From positions 170,066,001 to 170,130,000 of the forward strand of contig NC_088793.1 of the NCBI RefSeq assembly GCF_011386835.1: a stretch of DNA of 64,000 bases, in the 5' to 3' direction. The position numbers were made by a program, and so were the translations under genes. The number at the start of each line of letters is the position of its first letter. The stretch's first letter is position 1. The notes beneath the pieces are model-generated. The model saw only the letters and a program-made list of their open reading frames with translations, searched no databases and was not told the DNA's origin. This DNA is from Chrysemys picta bellii. Its lineage: Eukaryota. Below, one piece after another: positions 14,128 to 26,460 of the stretch.

Positions 14128-14849
14128 TTTGGGACATACCAACAAATCTGATTAATTCCAGAAAATGTTATCAGTAGCCACTGGAGTCAGTTAATGGCAG
14201 CCCTTCTTATACGATGGGAAAGTTAACCATTTGTAACCAGTGTCTGATGATTAGGGATAGTAAATAAAGTTCAGTCTTACCAGCACCTTTGTATGTTACA
14301 CTTTTATTAAAGAAATAATCTGTGAAACAGTAAAAATTCATACAGCATCTGCATTGAAACCTGAAATCTGATTGGCTGATGGGAACAGAATGGCTGATAG
14401 TGTTTAACCTTTCTTTCTAGGATATCTGAAAAGAACTAACAGTTCTTAGAAATTGTTTATATCTAAACGGCAAAGATAAATTACTAGTGTCCTACTGTAA
14501 CAGCAGCCAGTTTCCATATTTACATTGGTTGAAAAAAATTGTATGGTGCAGCTACTGCTATTTCCTGGCACCATATCTTACTTCCGTTCATTCGTTTTGT
14601 CTTATATTTTAAAACATCCAATTAAATTTTATGCTTCCCATGAAAAAAATCCAAAGAGGGAAAACAAAATATTATTTCTTACACTGATATGCTATTTTCT
14701 CTAGACTGTGATGTTATAGACTCATGGGGCTAAACTGAGCCCAGTGGAGTTATAGCAGGGATAAATATGCACCAAAAACGGCATTACAGTGTGGTTCTAC
14801 TCTGAAAGAAACTAAAAATGACACATTCTCACTCAGATATTATCATATT

Positions 14850-14970
14850 TATTTATTTGTATTACCATAGCATCTGGAAGCCCTAGTCATGGACCAGTAC
14901 CCCATTGTGCCAGGTGCTGTATAAACACAGAACAAAAAGATGACCCTGCCCCAATAGACTGACAATCTAC
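14850..14970 (-). mobile_element. Ancient SINE/LINE 3' tail fragment
   Basis: TTTATTTGTATT...AGCCCTAGTCATGGACC...CCCCATTGTGC...ACAGAACAAAAAGATG; related copy at about 13180-13290. Confidence 0.45.
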
Positions 14971-17259
14971 CCCTGTGTGTCACATCTGATTGCTTTAGCA
15001 AAAAACAGTAAATCTTTTCTGCTTCTTACTCCTGTCCGAGAGCAAGTTGGATTCTGTTCCTTCTTGTGCATCAAATGTGTTTATTAAATTCCAGTCACTT
15101 ACACCAGTGCAAATCTATTCAAGGCAATGGGATTGCACAGATAACACTGAGGGCATCATTGGGCCTACAGATTATTACTGTTAATGATGACCGAGGGGCA
15201 GAGCACTGCTCAACTCCCAGACACATGCATTGGTCAGGGTGGCACTTAGCAAGATCACCTTTTAATTTGAAAATTGAGCACAGTTGATATTGAAATCACT
15301 GGGAGACAACAAAGAATCCCACAATGCCATTTTTATAGTCACTTTTCCAAGCAGAACAGTATTTTATGGGTCTGATCCCACTGAAGTCAGCGGGAGTCTT
15401 ACCATGGACCTGAATGGGCTTTGGCTCTGGTCATAAAAACCCAAGACAAAAGAACAATCTGATGCTAAAAGAGGGCAGAACACCCAGTGAAAACATTAGT
15501 GTATGCACAAGCTAGAGATAAAGTTGAAATAACACAACATTTTAATAACATTTGCAACTTCTATCGCAAAGCTGCCCTCTTCTTCATAACTGAATGCAAC
15601 CCCAGTTTTAATAGTAGTTTTCCCTCAACAAAAGCAGCTTTCAGCTACCAACTGGAAAAAAATCAGATTTTGTTTTAATAAAAAAGATATCTACAGTACA
15701 GAAAAATATGAATTCTGAAAGCCAAGCCTCTGTTTTCCAGCAGGAGGAAGTTCAAGTGTGCCAGTTTCCAATAGTTCTTGGTTTGGATGCTGTAAGCATG
15801 CATGGTGTTTATTGACTTCTAAATTAAAGCAGTCAATCTGAAGACTGAATTGAAAAAAGAGGATAATGGAGGCCAGTCTTCCGTATACATACTGTGTGTG
15901 TGTAAAATAGCAATGATCAGCAAAGCTTTACCAAATGGATGCCACCAATTCAGATAAGATATTTTGAAAACAGGAAAAAGTATCGAGCCAAACATGCCAG
16001 TCCTTCCTTTTGTTTATCTTATTCTACTTTCCTGCTTTTTCACCATATCACTCAATCAATCCCATCCTTCTGTACAAGCAACCCTAGATGTCTCCTGGAT
16101 TGATTTATACTCATTACTGACTTCAATCGTTCTCCTTCATTTGCTTATTTTTTCCAGATGTCTATTACTAAAGCCGTGTGAATAATTCACTCGGCAAATT
16201 TACCTTCTTTTTCTGCTAGGGTTTTCTCAAATGGACTCATTGTGAGAAATTATTCACCACTTAATTACTATGAATAGTTCATCATCAGAGGATTGCTTGT
16301 GAGTATTCATGGAACTGGTGAACAGTGGCACTAGCCAGGGAATGGAAACAGAGCTCAAAGTTTTAGTCTTTACAAAGCCCTTTTCTCAGGGCTTTCTTAT
16401 TATTTACCAACAATCACAAAAGCAAATCAGCTAAAGAAACCACTGGAAAATAATTCCCCAGAGACTTTCCCCCACCTTAGTCAGACGTCTTCCCTTTTGA
16501 CCTAGCTTCCTTTCCTTTTATACCCCACCCTCAGAGCAGCCACATGACCAAATGGTGCCTATTAACTCTTTACAGGCTGCAGCACCTTCACCTTGTATAT
16601 CTAACATTTACTAGCATTGGCGTGACTATGCAGCTAAGATGATGTAGTGTTCTTATGAGCGATACAATGCTGCTATATAGGTTAAGCCTCTGAGCATGCC
16701 TTGCGTGTATTCAATGTTTCCAGAGGCCTGGGCAGACTAACTGAGCGTAGTGCTTATTCAGTTAATAAAATATTGTACTTTGTCTCCTCACAAACCTCAC
16801 TCTTGAATGCTTATTAACACACACTGTTGCAGCAGCTTCCCCCTCCCTGCTTTATTTGAGTCCCTGATACAAGCCAAAATTCCTGAACATTAATTTACTG
16901 GATTTTATTCATTAAAAATCTATATTCAAAATGAAGCAAATGTCCCAGTGCCAATACTTTTCAAGGCAAGTAATGTATAAATTCACCAGACCTACATTCT
17001 AAGCACAGTTTGTCAGCACAAAACATCATTTTATCCTTGTAATGCCACAAGCACATATAACCGTCAGCCATGAAATAAAATCAAAATAGGTCTAAAGGGT
17101 GAGTCCATAGCGGGTTTTTTTTTCCCTGTTAAAAAAGTATTTATTGGATTGCACAAAAGCTCCACTGAGATCTGCACTGCTGCAGTATCAATGGGCTGGT
17201 GAATTTCAAGGAAACACACAATTCTTTATTTTAACCATCCTTTCCTGTACACTACTTAC

Positions 17260-17372
17260 CTCTATAAGCATATTTGATTTGGAAACACTCAGTTTTCATA
17301 CCTCCATCAATAATCTGAAATGAACACTGGAGAGCTTTGGGGAAATATGAGGATGACATCATTACCAGGATC
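17260..17372 (-). CDS. Candidate internal coding exon (113 nt), host gene unknown
   Basis: Minus-strand acceptor CTTTTAATTATTTTCAG and consensus donor GAG|GTAAGT. Open frame ILVMMSSSYFPKALQCSFQIIDGGMKTECFQIKYAYR. Confidence 0.45.
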
Positions 17373-17802
17373 CTGAAAATAATTAAAAGTGACAGGTGAG
17401 CACAGCTGGGAAAGAGAGCTAAATTGATAACATATTTTGTCTGACTAATTATAACTTTTTAACCTACAAATCAGCATGGAAATATTAAAATACTGCAGTG
17501 TAGTTACTCTACTGCAAGTATGACTTCAATGTTCAACTATACCTAAAGGTAAATGCAATAGACCAAATGTTGATAAACATGGGCCCTATCTGGCAAAATT
17601 TTAGTTACATAAGTAGGCTTTCCTCATGCAAGTCATCCTACTGAAATCAATTTTACTCATGTGACTAAAGTTTTAAAGGATCCGATCCTATATTTGTATT
17701 TCTTGTGTCCCTGAGAGGATACTTAGCTGCATGACATCTTTGTGTTCATCATCATGTAGTTCTAATTTCTTCTGATTGAACTGACTGCGTATCTTGAGTC
17801 AA

Positions 17803-18014
17803 GTATCAGGGGGTAGCCGTGTTAGTCTGTATCTACAAAAACAATAAGGAGTCTGGTGGCACCTTAAAGACTAACAGATTTATTTGGGCATAAGCTTTCG
17901 TGGGTAAAAACCTCACTTCTTTGGATGCATCCGAAGAAGTGAGGTTTTTACCCACGAAAGCTTATGCCCAAATAAATCTGTTAGTCTTTAAGGTGCCACC
18001 AGACTCCCTGTTGT
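17803..18014. mobile_element. Penelope-like non-autonomous element, palindromic, 13-bp TSD
   Basis: Terminus GTATCAGGGGGTAGCCGTGTTAGTCTG shared with 20401, 31027 and 43368; 160-bp palindrome 17848-18007; TSD TATCTTGAGTCAA (17790-17802 and 18015-18027). Penelope assignment is from recognition of the terminus and the ribozyme motif. Confidence 0.8.
17927..17967 (+). ncRNA. Minimal type I hammerhead ribozyme motif (U4C core variant)
   Basis: GCAT-CCGAAGA-A-GTGAGGT TTTT ACCCAC-GAAA-GCTT-ATGC: stem I GCAU/AUGC, CUGANGA-like core, stem II hairpin, GAAA, palindromic AAGCUU in place of stem III. A mirror copy at 17888-17928 (minus strand) has the mutated core CCAAAGA. Confidence 0.65.
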
Positions 18015-20265
18015 TATCTTGAGTCAAAACATTCAGAAGAAATACCTACCCAGTATGGACGGTAAGAAAGTTTCACATACAAGGAAATTATTCTGTTTAT
18101 ATGGAAGCAGTATATTACACCAGGCAGTATGAATTACAGGTCATTGAACTTACATATAAACAAACACATTTTTAATTAAACTAGTTTATACTCCTCTTAT
18201 AAGAAACATTCATGAAGTCATTTCTGATAACTCCTATGGAACAGTTGATCCATCCTATTTGGAAATATATCTGAAACCTATCCAAGATTTTATGACTTTT
18301 CCAGAAGAATAATACGTCCTAGTTTTTCCAGCTGGAAAGGTTGGGCAAGTTCCATTTAATGAGTGTTTTTAAATCTCCCAAGTATTAACATCAGGACTAA
18401 AGCAAGATTCGTTAGTTGAGTATATAGTATATTTCACAGGTGTGTTTGATGAGACATTTTCATCAGTGATGTTTAGGAGACACGGCAATATAACTCTTTA
18501 TTCCTTTACATTTCCAAGTGTTCTTTGCAACAAATATCAGGAAACCGAAGAGTCAGCAAGAGAGGGTTAGGACAAAACTGTGTCTGAATGAACACTGAAG
18601 TGTTAACAATCTGACATTGCTCTCAATTTTCTTGGTTTTTCATCCCCCAAAGCAGTGATTTAACAACTAAAGCCTCTATTCAGCAGAAATGTTCCACTGC
18701 TTTTGCAATGCTCAAGCCAAGGAGGTCATGGAACAGGCTTTGGCACCCAGATGAGCTATTAAGCAAGAAACTTAGCTGGGCCACAGAACCAGATGCCTCC
18801 TGCAGAGAGCCTTCAAGAGGTGGAGATTTCATGTTTATGAGTGTCTCCATCCTTGCCCTCCTCTTATGCCCGATTCAGGAATTAAAACTGGTCTTGCAGA
18901 TGGAGAGTGAAGAAGACAATATACTGAAAAACCAATGATCTTCCTTCCAAAGTGTGGATTACCAATTAGGTGTCTCTTTAGCTCCCCTTTTTACTAAAAC
19001 AATCCTATCTGTTCTTTTGCCATTGGGATTCCTTCTACAACTGACTGGGGTTATTTATTCTCCACCAACTTTCGTTTTACTTTCAAATATTAGGGTTAAG
19101 TCTCTGCAGTGAGGCCCTAATACAACACCTACTAAAGTCAAAGGGAGTCTGTCCATTGAATTCAGTTTGGCATTGGATCAGGCCTTTAATTTTCAGCAGC
19201 CTCAGAGACCTGCTTCCCCTTGAAGCTGAACTTGGTGCATGCTCAGACTGTTCAATAGACTCCATATGGTCTTCACAATGGCCAAATTTCATTTGGCCAT
19301 TAAGGGAGGCAAAGAGAGAAGTTCCTTTGACTAAAAGGGAGGGAGTAGAAACCAGAGATTGAGTTCAACATCCAAGCAGGAAACATTTTTTTGTTTTCAT
19401 TAGAACTGGGAGAATTCTTTAAATAATTTTATGCAAACATCCTTACAGTTTTCTAAATGAGTCTGCTTTGATTATTTATACAAACCCTTTGTTTGCCAAA
19501 GGAGTGGATTTTGAGAATATTGCAGAATATTTGCAGAAAGACAATGTCAGATACCTAATCTTGAATATTCACATAGGAAATATGATTCTAAGAATTAGGC
19601 TCAATCAGAAACAATAGGAGGTGTCCCGTGTCTCCACTGAAAACAGCTCTAATTCTGAATTTCAAATACTCACAGCAAACTGGTGCTGAGTAATCCTTAC
19701 ACCAAATGTTAGCTCCTAAATTACTGAACAACAAAATTAAATTCTGCTTGTGAATGACTCATGAAAGAAAAAGAGAAGGAAATTTTGTTGAATGAATTAT
19801 ACATTATGAATTATTTGCTCAGCTCTATTTTTGATTCTTGGAGTCCCCCAGGGCCTGAGCTGTGAAAGATTGAGGAATACAAAATTGATTTAGTACCCTC
19901 ATTATACTTTTGATTTACTGATGATTTGCATCTTGGCTTGATAAGACACTTATGGTTCCAATGTAGAAGACAAACATGCGGTGGTTTAAGGGGACCATCT
20001 AGATACATCTTCTGTTCTCTGTGGAAGAACTGTGATCTTAAACAGTGACACCAGCAAACAGTTAAGACAAACTTCTGATGCACTTTCTAAATAGGTATAA
20101 TATATTGGGGAAATGACCTGGAGATTCTAAATAAGTTCCAGCTTGAAATACACTGCTTTGTCACTGAGAAAAGCAATCAAACAGCCATGGAGATTGGTGG
20201 ATGGGACTCAATATCTGACAAAATAGGAAAGAACAAAAGTTGGAAGAGGAATTTATTTAAAGTAA

Positions 20266-20352
20266 GGCCTGATTCTTCATCAGTGCAAATAATGAGTAAC
20301 TCCACTGAAGACAGAGGTGCTACACACGTGTAAATGAGAGGAGAATCAGGCC
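20266..20352. mobile_element. Short hairpin MITE (GGCCTGAT-type), example of a family abundant in this window
   Basis: Perfect 11-bp TIR GGCCTGATTCT/AGAATCAGGCC. Confidence 0.65.
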
Positions 20353-20400
20353 CATAGTCTTTAAGTTTATATGAAGATATTGCTAACAATAGATAGTCAA

Positions 20401-20443
20401 GTTTCAGGGTAGCAGCCGTGTTAGTCTGTATCCTCAAAAATAT
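20401..20443 (-). mobile_element. 43-bp terminal remnant of the Penelope-like family
   Basis: GTTTCAGGGTAGCAGCCGTGTTAGTCTGTATC matches the family terminus; flanked by AATAGATAGTCAA (20388-20400 and 20444-20456), with a third copy at 20461-20473. Confidence 0.7.
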
Positions 20444-21691
20444 AATAGATAGTCAAATTTAATAGATAGTCAAAATACTTTAAAGCAATATTTAAGTAAA
20501 GTAACGCAATTGGTTTATCTTTGGATATTTATTAGCTGTAAGAACTCTACACTGTTGAAATAATTTACAAAACTAACATGTTCACAAGAGCGATACATCT
20601 CAACAGCTCAGATCCTATGATCAAAATAACGCATTCATTTCATCATCATTCAATTGTCATGAACAGAACTAGCTCCTAATGAGTTTATGGTTCCATCATA
20701 GAAAGATCTGCCTTCAGGTAATAGAAACAACTGTATTTTCTTGACGCAAGCCCTAAATACTCTTTGCTTAGACACTCTTTTGTTGTGAACATCAAAATTA
20801 TGTTTCCATTGTTTAGAAACACTCTGAAATGGACCAAGTACGAAATATTGCCCACCAGACTTTGTTTCCTGTTCAACTCTTCCTTACTGTTGAGATTACA
20901 TGCACATGGAGCTCCGAAGCATAAAAGGCTCATTTTGTAAGTCTAATGTTAAAGTTATGTGCTGTTGCTCACTAGACCAGCTCCTAAAAAGCATATAAAA
21001 ATCAGAGGAGTAAAGGAGCCCAGTCTGGCAGCTGTGAAAACTTTCACTGCTAGCATAGCCAAGCAGATGCTTCAGCTTAACGTTTACCACCCGCCCCTTT
21101 AGAATAGTGGTCAGCAAAACCATCTCAGAATTCGGAGTCCTTTGAAGGACAGAACCATTGCAGGCTGCCAATCAGCGTAAAGGTGGCTTTATGTTCAGTG
21201 GTATTTTCATTTGTGGATATTCATTTGTATTGTATTTGAGGTTAATTTTAAAGCCAATAGAAGTGGTGAGGCATAAGCTGATACACCTGTCATGTTCCAA
21301 TAGAAAGATGTATGGAAAGAAGAGCACACAACAACTTGTATCATTAGACACACGGCACCCTCAGTCTCAGATGAAGTGTAAAGAAGACACCAAAACCTGA
21401 GGGTCTGTTACCCATACAAGGAAAGAGTGTATTCCCAACTATACTTTTTGTTCTTTATGTATGGACTGTATCCTGCACTACTAAAGTCAACAGGAGTTTT
21501 GCTACAGACTTCAACAGGGCAGGATTCAATAGAGCTGGATATACTGTTTATATAAAACTATTCCTCGAGGGACTGATACTCCAGTCTATACTCCCCACTG
21601 ATGTAAGGGTTGAAGAATCTAAAAGAAGTGCAACATGCCAACAGATTTGTTTGGTTTGAATGGGTATTATCTACATAGTTCAGAATCCTCC

Positions 21692-21818
21692 TGTGACCAG
21701 ACAGCAAATGTGAAAAACCGGGACAGGAGGTGGGGAGGGGGGGTAATAGGAGCCTATATAAGAAAAAGCCCCAAATATGGGGACTGTCCGTATAAAATCG
21801 GGACATCTGGTCACCCTA
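21692..21818. mobile_element. hAT MITE (TAGGGTGACCAGA-type TIR)
   Basis: Left GTGACCAGA...CGGGACA and right CGGGACATCTGGTCACCCTA; left terminus eroded. Confidence 0.7.
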
Positions 21819-23363
21819 CTGCTAGGCTTTCACCTCATCCAGATTATATTAGCACCAAAAATACATGTGGAATATTAGATGTGTGGATGCTGAATATACC
21901 TTTGTATGCAATGAATTGGGAGGGCTGCATATGGTAATTCACAAATGGCAAAACCATGAGTGAGTTGTGCTAAATCATCTCTAGCTCATTGAATAATAAT
22001 AAAAAAACCCAGCACATTTACTGTCCTTGGATGGAGTATTCTGTTTATAGTGGGACATGCAATATATTCTATTTTTTCCATTACTTTAATATCAGCGGGC
22101 TTCTGGGCGGTTGTTTGTGAAGACACCAGGAAGAGTCTAAGAATTACACAACCAAGTTAGTTTGATTGGGTTATAAGAGTTTGAAATTCTGGAAACAACT
22201 TGCAAGAATAGTTAACATTACAGTGGTTGCCATTAAATAGTCAATGTTAATCTACAGTTTCTACAGCACAGTTATCTCCTGTAACAGAGAAGGAAACAAC
22301 TTAGGAATCTCAGATAGTGTGTGCTGTAGAAACTATTGGTAAACATTGACTTCAGAGTGGCTGCCATTAAGTTGTCTATCTGCCTTTGGTACAGATATAA
22401 AATAACTCATCACACAGGAAATGAATAGCACAAGGGTGGATAACAGAATGTAAGTTTTCCATCCTCTGGTTAAAATGTGTCCTAGATACTTAATTAATGA
22501 TATTAATTAATAACAAAAGATAGGTAGTGAGTGACCAACAGGATTGGATGCCATCCAGTAGCTGGCCATAGGATCACTGCTTGTGAAACCAGATGTAGAT
22601 TTCAGTATATCTTTTAGTGGAGAAGTGTCCACATCATGAAAAATACAATCCTTGATAGAATCAGACTTACTAGAATTTCAGCTGGAGTCTCAAAACTTAA
22701 ATGACATGAAAAATATGCAACTATCCTTCCCTCTCCAGATGTGGATGTGACAGAATAGGGGTGATGCAGATCAGGGAGGCAGTGTTGTTGCTACTGTGGA
22801 TAAAATGGAAGACTTCAGTCACCATCAGCCCATCACAAAACTTTCACCAGTACTACATTCACAGAGATCTGTTCTGGGCTCAGTAGGGCCATTTATGCAG
22901 TGAAGAGTGGCATCAGGAGAAATTCTGCCTTCGGGACATAATCAATTGTGTCATGCAGCATACGCAAGCCTGCACAATAGTCCCGCTCCTGGCCCATTAG
23001 AAGGAACAGCATGTAGCACTCATCAACACAATACAGCTGGGAGAACAAAAGGATGAAGACTGAAGACACACTGAAAATAGTTCAGTTCCTGTTAAAAAAC
23101 AAATAAACAGTCTGAGAAGTTTCCATCAGTGCTATCAGATTAAAAAACTTCAGTCTTTTTTCACAATCCTGCAGAGGAATTCAGGTCTGTTTAAAACTCC
23201 TCAAAAGAAATACCTCTGCAATGATTTAATTCAGCAACCTCTCACTCCATGCCCAGCATTATATCTGCAGACTCCACCCACCACAGAAGAAATCTAATAG
23301 AGCAGGAGAGATATACTATGCCCTGGGGAAGGCAAGGCTGAGCATTATGGCTCACATATTCAG

Positions 23364-23598
23364 TAGAGCTGGGCAGAGGACAGAAGTTCCATTTCACAAA
23401 GGATTTCAAGATTTAGAAATTTGTCTTTCTTCTAAATCAGAGCAAAAACTGACATTTCAAAATTCTTTGAAAAATTTAAAAACAATTTCAGCTTATTCAA
23501 AGTGTTTGATTTTGATTGTTTTATATAATACAAAACAAAAACAAAATAAAAGAACAAAATAATTTCAAAATGGAAAATTGAAACATTTAATTCCCACA
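23364..23598. mobile_element. AT-rich TAGAGCTG-type element, left part, followed directly by a CR1
   Basis: Starts TAGAGCTGGG like the 5376 and 13548 elements; similar TTTCAAAAT-rich interior; right TIR not found. Confidence 0.5.
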
Positions 23599-24287
23599 AT
23601 ATCATAACACCACTATATAAATCCATGATATGCCCACACCTTGAATACTGCATATAGTTCTGGTTGCCCCATCTCAAAAAAAGATACATTAGAATTGGAA
23701 AAGGTACAGAGAAGGGCAATAAAAATGATTAAGGGAATGGAATAGCTTCCATATCAGGAGAGATTAAGGAGACTTTGATGTTCAGCTCAGAAAAGGGATG
23801 ACTTAGACTTAGGAAGGATATGATAGAAGTCTATAAAATCATGAAGGGTGTGAAGAAAAAGTGTTATTTACCCTTCACATAACGCAAGAACCAGGGGTCA
23901 CCCAATGAAATTAATAGGCAGCAGATTTTAAAAAAAAACATAAAGAAGTACTTCTTTACACAACTCACAGTCAACCTGTGGAAATTATTGCCAGGGGATG
24001 TTGTGAAGGCCAAAAGTATAACTGGGTTCAAAAAAGAATTAGTAAGTTCATGGAGGATAGGTCCATCAATGGCTATGAGCCAAGATGGTCAGGGACACAA
24101 CGCCATGCTCTGGGTGTCTTTAAACCTCTCAACTGCCAGAACCTGGGACTGGTTGATGGGGGATGGATCACTCAATAGTTGCCCTGTTCTGCTCATTCCT
24201 TCTAAAGCACTTGGCATTGGACTGTCAGAAGACTGGATACTGGCATAGATGGACCATTGGTCTGACACAATATGGCCATTCTTATGT
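23599..24287 (+). mobile_element. CR1 LINE 3' portion (end of ORF2 plus long 3' UTR subfamily)
   Basis: PLYKSM..PHLEYC..FW-like and LEKVQRRA.KMI-like coding remnants; 3' end TATGGCCATTCTTATGT. Paralogs at 43039 and 46457. Confidence 0.92.
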
Positions 24288-25324
24288 CAGAACTTTTTTC
24301 CCCCCACCTGAACAAAACTCCAGTGAAAATAATCTGATTTCACTTAAATCAACCTGATGGAATGGCATATTTCTCATGGAATATGACTGTCAAAGTTCTC
24401 TGATTCTACTCTTCTGCTACAGCCATCTGTTGGGGGTGGTGTACCAGTGCACTGTCCTGGCAGTTGCTCTGAGGGGATATCATGCCTAGAGCTCCAGCAA
24501 GCACAGATCTCAGTGCCACCCCTTCTAAAGATGAGGCATCTGCTCCACTCTATGTCAGCTAGTTCTATGAGCCAGAATGGGGCCTATTACCTTGCCTCTC
24601 TCTGCTAACTTTGAAGAAACTAGGAACAACACTGGATCAAGCCTTGTGTATTCTTGTTCTCAGAGGAGCACAAGGATGGTCATTTTGCCTGACTCCTGCA
24701 TGGATGGGCAAGGGGGAAACTCTTTATATTTCTCTCCAGCTGCCCATCCATACATGGTCTTGCCCTAAATATACAGTAGTAAAGTTGCTAAGAGATACTT
24801 GGCTGTTAGTTCAGTATAGCAATTTATACTAGGATGTAATGAATGACCGTTTTGTCATCAATCTGTCACAGTACAAATATTCTGACTACCGTAAAACAGC
24901 TTTAATAATATGCCTTTGGTTAGTGGCAAGAGTGGCTAAAAATGAATTCTTGTTGTTGGAATATTGCATTTCTATGAGGTTAACCGTACTTTGGCCAAAA
25001 TAAAGTTAGAAACTAGCCTTACAGTTTCATGAGAATGCAGCATAGTACACAACTTTGATAAGGAATTCCTCAATGATCCTTGCTTTCTGGCCCAATTCAG
25101 ACCTGACGTAAGTGAGCTTAATTCCAATGGACTTTACTAAAGTTACACTTGCTTAAACTAGAACTGAAATTGGCCCTCTGTGTACAGGTATGTCTACTGA
25201 TCTCTCGCTCAGCCAAATGTCATCCTCAAAAGAAGGCATATAATTCCTATGGATGTAAACTGGAGTCATGTCTGAAAAGAAGAGGTCAGAATTATTCTTA
25301 TGGACAGAGCTGATAGCATCACCT

Positions 25325-26460
25325 ATAGTTCAGGTTGCCTGACCATTTCCATTATAAGAGCCCATTTCAACTGCTTATAACTTAATTGAGACTTCAACCG
25401 TTCAGACAGAAAAGTCTCAGGCTGGGGTTCTGCCTTAGCCTGATTTTTTTTTTAAATCTAAAACCAATTCAGATGTTTCAGAGAATGAGATACGGGGCGA
25501 AGAATTTTTGCCCAGGTTAAAACATTTGTACAACCATTTATTTAACCGAGAAGCTCTAGCACCTCTATCTTTTGAGCAAGGACTTGAACTTTGGAAGGGT
25601 GGTGGCATTTGTGTCAGGTGTACCTTTTTCTACTCCTGGGACAATCTGCCCAAATTTGACCAAGTTATAAGCCTGTGAAAAATGAGTTGGCACATGCTTA
25701 GTAGAGATTTAAGAGTTTGGCAGATAAATTCGCAGAAGGTTCCATCTACATAGAGCATGCTCCATCCCCTCATAACTCCTCTGTGTGCCCAGACTGCGTA
25801 TGTGCCATCCTCACAGAGCAATCAAGCATGCTCCATCCCAGGGATGTAGGGTTAGAGCAGGATTTTCCCTGAAATTGCTCTTCCCATCTTCTGAAGGCCA
25901 CTGTGGTGCTGGGCATAGGAACAGAGGAGGGAGACATGCTACCCTTGCTGGCACTCAGATACCCTGGACAAGGAGGCAGCTGCCTGACTGGAATATAGAG
26001 GGGCAAGGAGCAGTTGGGATGGATGGAGAACAGGAGTGGGGTGGCCAGGGCACAGCTAGGAAGGGAAAATAGGACCACAGTAGGGTACAGAAGAAGGAAT
26101 GAGAAGATAAGAACTGGGGAGACAAGGAGTAGATGGTGGAGACAGGAGCTTGGGGGAAGTGCAATAGAAGCTGGGGGTAGGAACAGATGCAGTATCTGCG
26201 GAGCGGGTGGAACAGGGTGGGGGCACAGAAGTCAAGGGAGAATACGAAAAGGTGAGAAAGGGGGTTCAGGAGCACAGTGGGGGGCAGGGGCAGGAGAGTC
26301 AGGAGCGGGGATAGGAGCAAGGGGAGAACAGTGGCAGAAGCACCAGGAAAAAGGATAAGGATTGAAGCAGATGAGGACAGGGATAGACAGGTTTATAACT
26401 AGTAGAGAACACTCTGCTCCAGAATCTGGAATTAAAGGATTCCTGAGTCTCAGCCAGGAG
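25325..26460. repeat. Unclassified interspersed repeat with a purine/G-rich tract (about 25990-26390)
   Basis: Strongly strand-biased GGA/GGGG-rich low-complexity tract. The flanks look like a dispersed repeat, but no TIR or TSD was confirmed. Confidence 0.35.
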
